64,000 bases of DNA from Malacoraja senta (taxonomy: Eukaryota): contig CM075997.1 in NCBI GenBank assembly GCA_038087875.1, forward strand, positions 2,606,001 through 2,670,000. The letters run 5' to 3'. Both the position numbers and the translations under genes were made by a program. Positions within the stretch are counted from its first letter, which is position 1, and the number at the start of each line of letters is the position of its first letter. Positions 63,826 to 64,000 of the stretch are shown here, piece after piece. The notes beneath the pieces are model-generated. The model did not search any database. It was given only the letters and a program-made list of their open reading frames with translations, and was not told the origin of the DNA.

Positions 63826-64000
63826 CCTAGTTCGCCAACTAGTTCCTTCTGATTAAAGTTACTGATTGTATGCCTCGTTGTCAGATTCCCCTCAGCTAAC
63901 AACGAACCATTCTACACTTCCTTATCGTCTGCTTTGATCAATTGTTTTTCACACCTTACCCTTCCATATCTCTAGACTCCCTCTCCCCTGACTCTCAGTC

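Overview
Vertebrate genomic DNA. The repeat content (HE1-type SINEs, CR1/HER1-type LINEs, Penelope-like elements) points to a cartilaginous fish such as a skate, ray or shark. Two convergent intron-containing genes are present. (1) On the + strand, a complete 11-coding-exon ADAD-family gene (one dsRBM plus a catalytically degenerate adenosine-deaminase domain, most like ADAD2). ATG is at 1707 and TAG at 37947-37949; the exons sum to 1806 nt (601 aa) with all splice phases consistent. (2) On the - strand, the last four exons of a TGF-beta1-like gene (62655 to 56463), covering the end of the LAP, an RGD motif, the RRKR furin site and a 114-aa mature ligand. A 200-N scaffold gap (38488-38687) lies between them. 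Right of the gap is a young Gypsy (Mag-like) LTR retrotransposon in an unusual inverted configuration, flanked by a 240-bp direct duplication. The rest is a degenerate IR/DR Tc1 element, many CR1 and SINE fragments, Penelope-derived foldback elements carrying minimal hammerhead-ribozyme-like motifs, several MITEs, and micro- and minisatellites. Most ORFs in the supplied track are repeat-derived or spurious.
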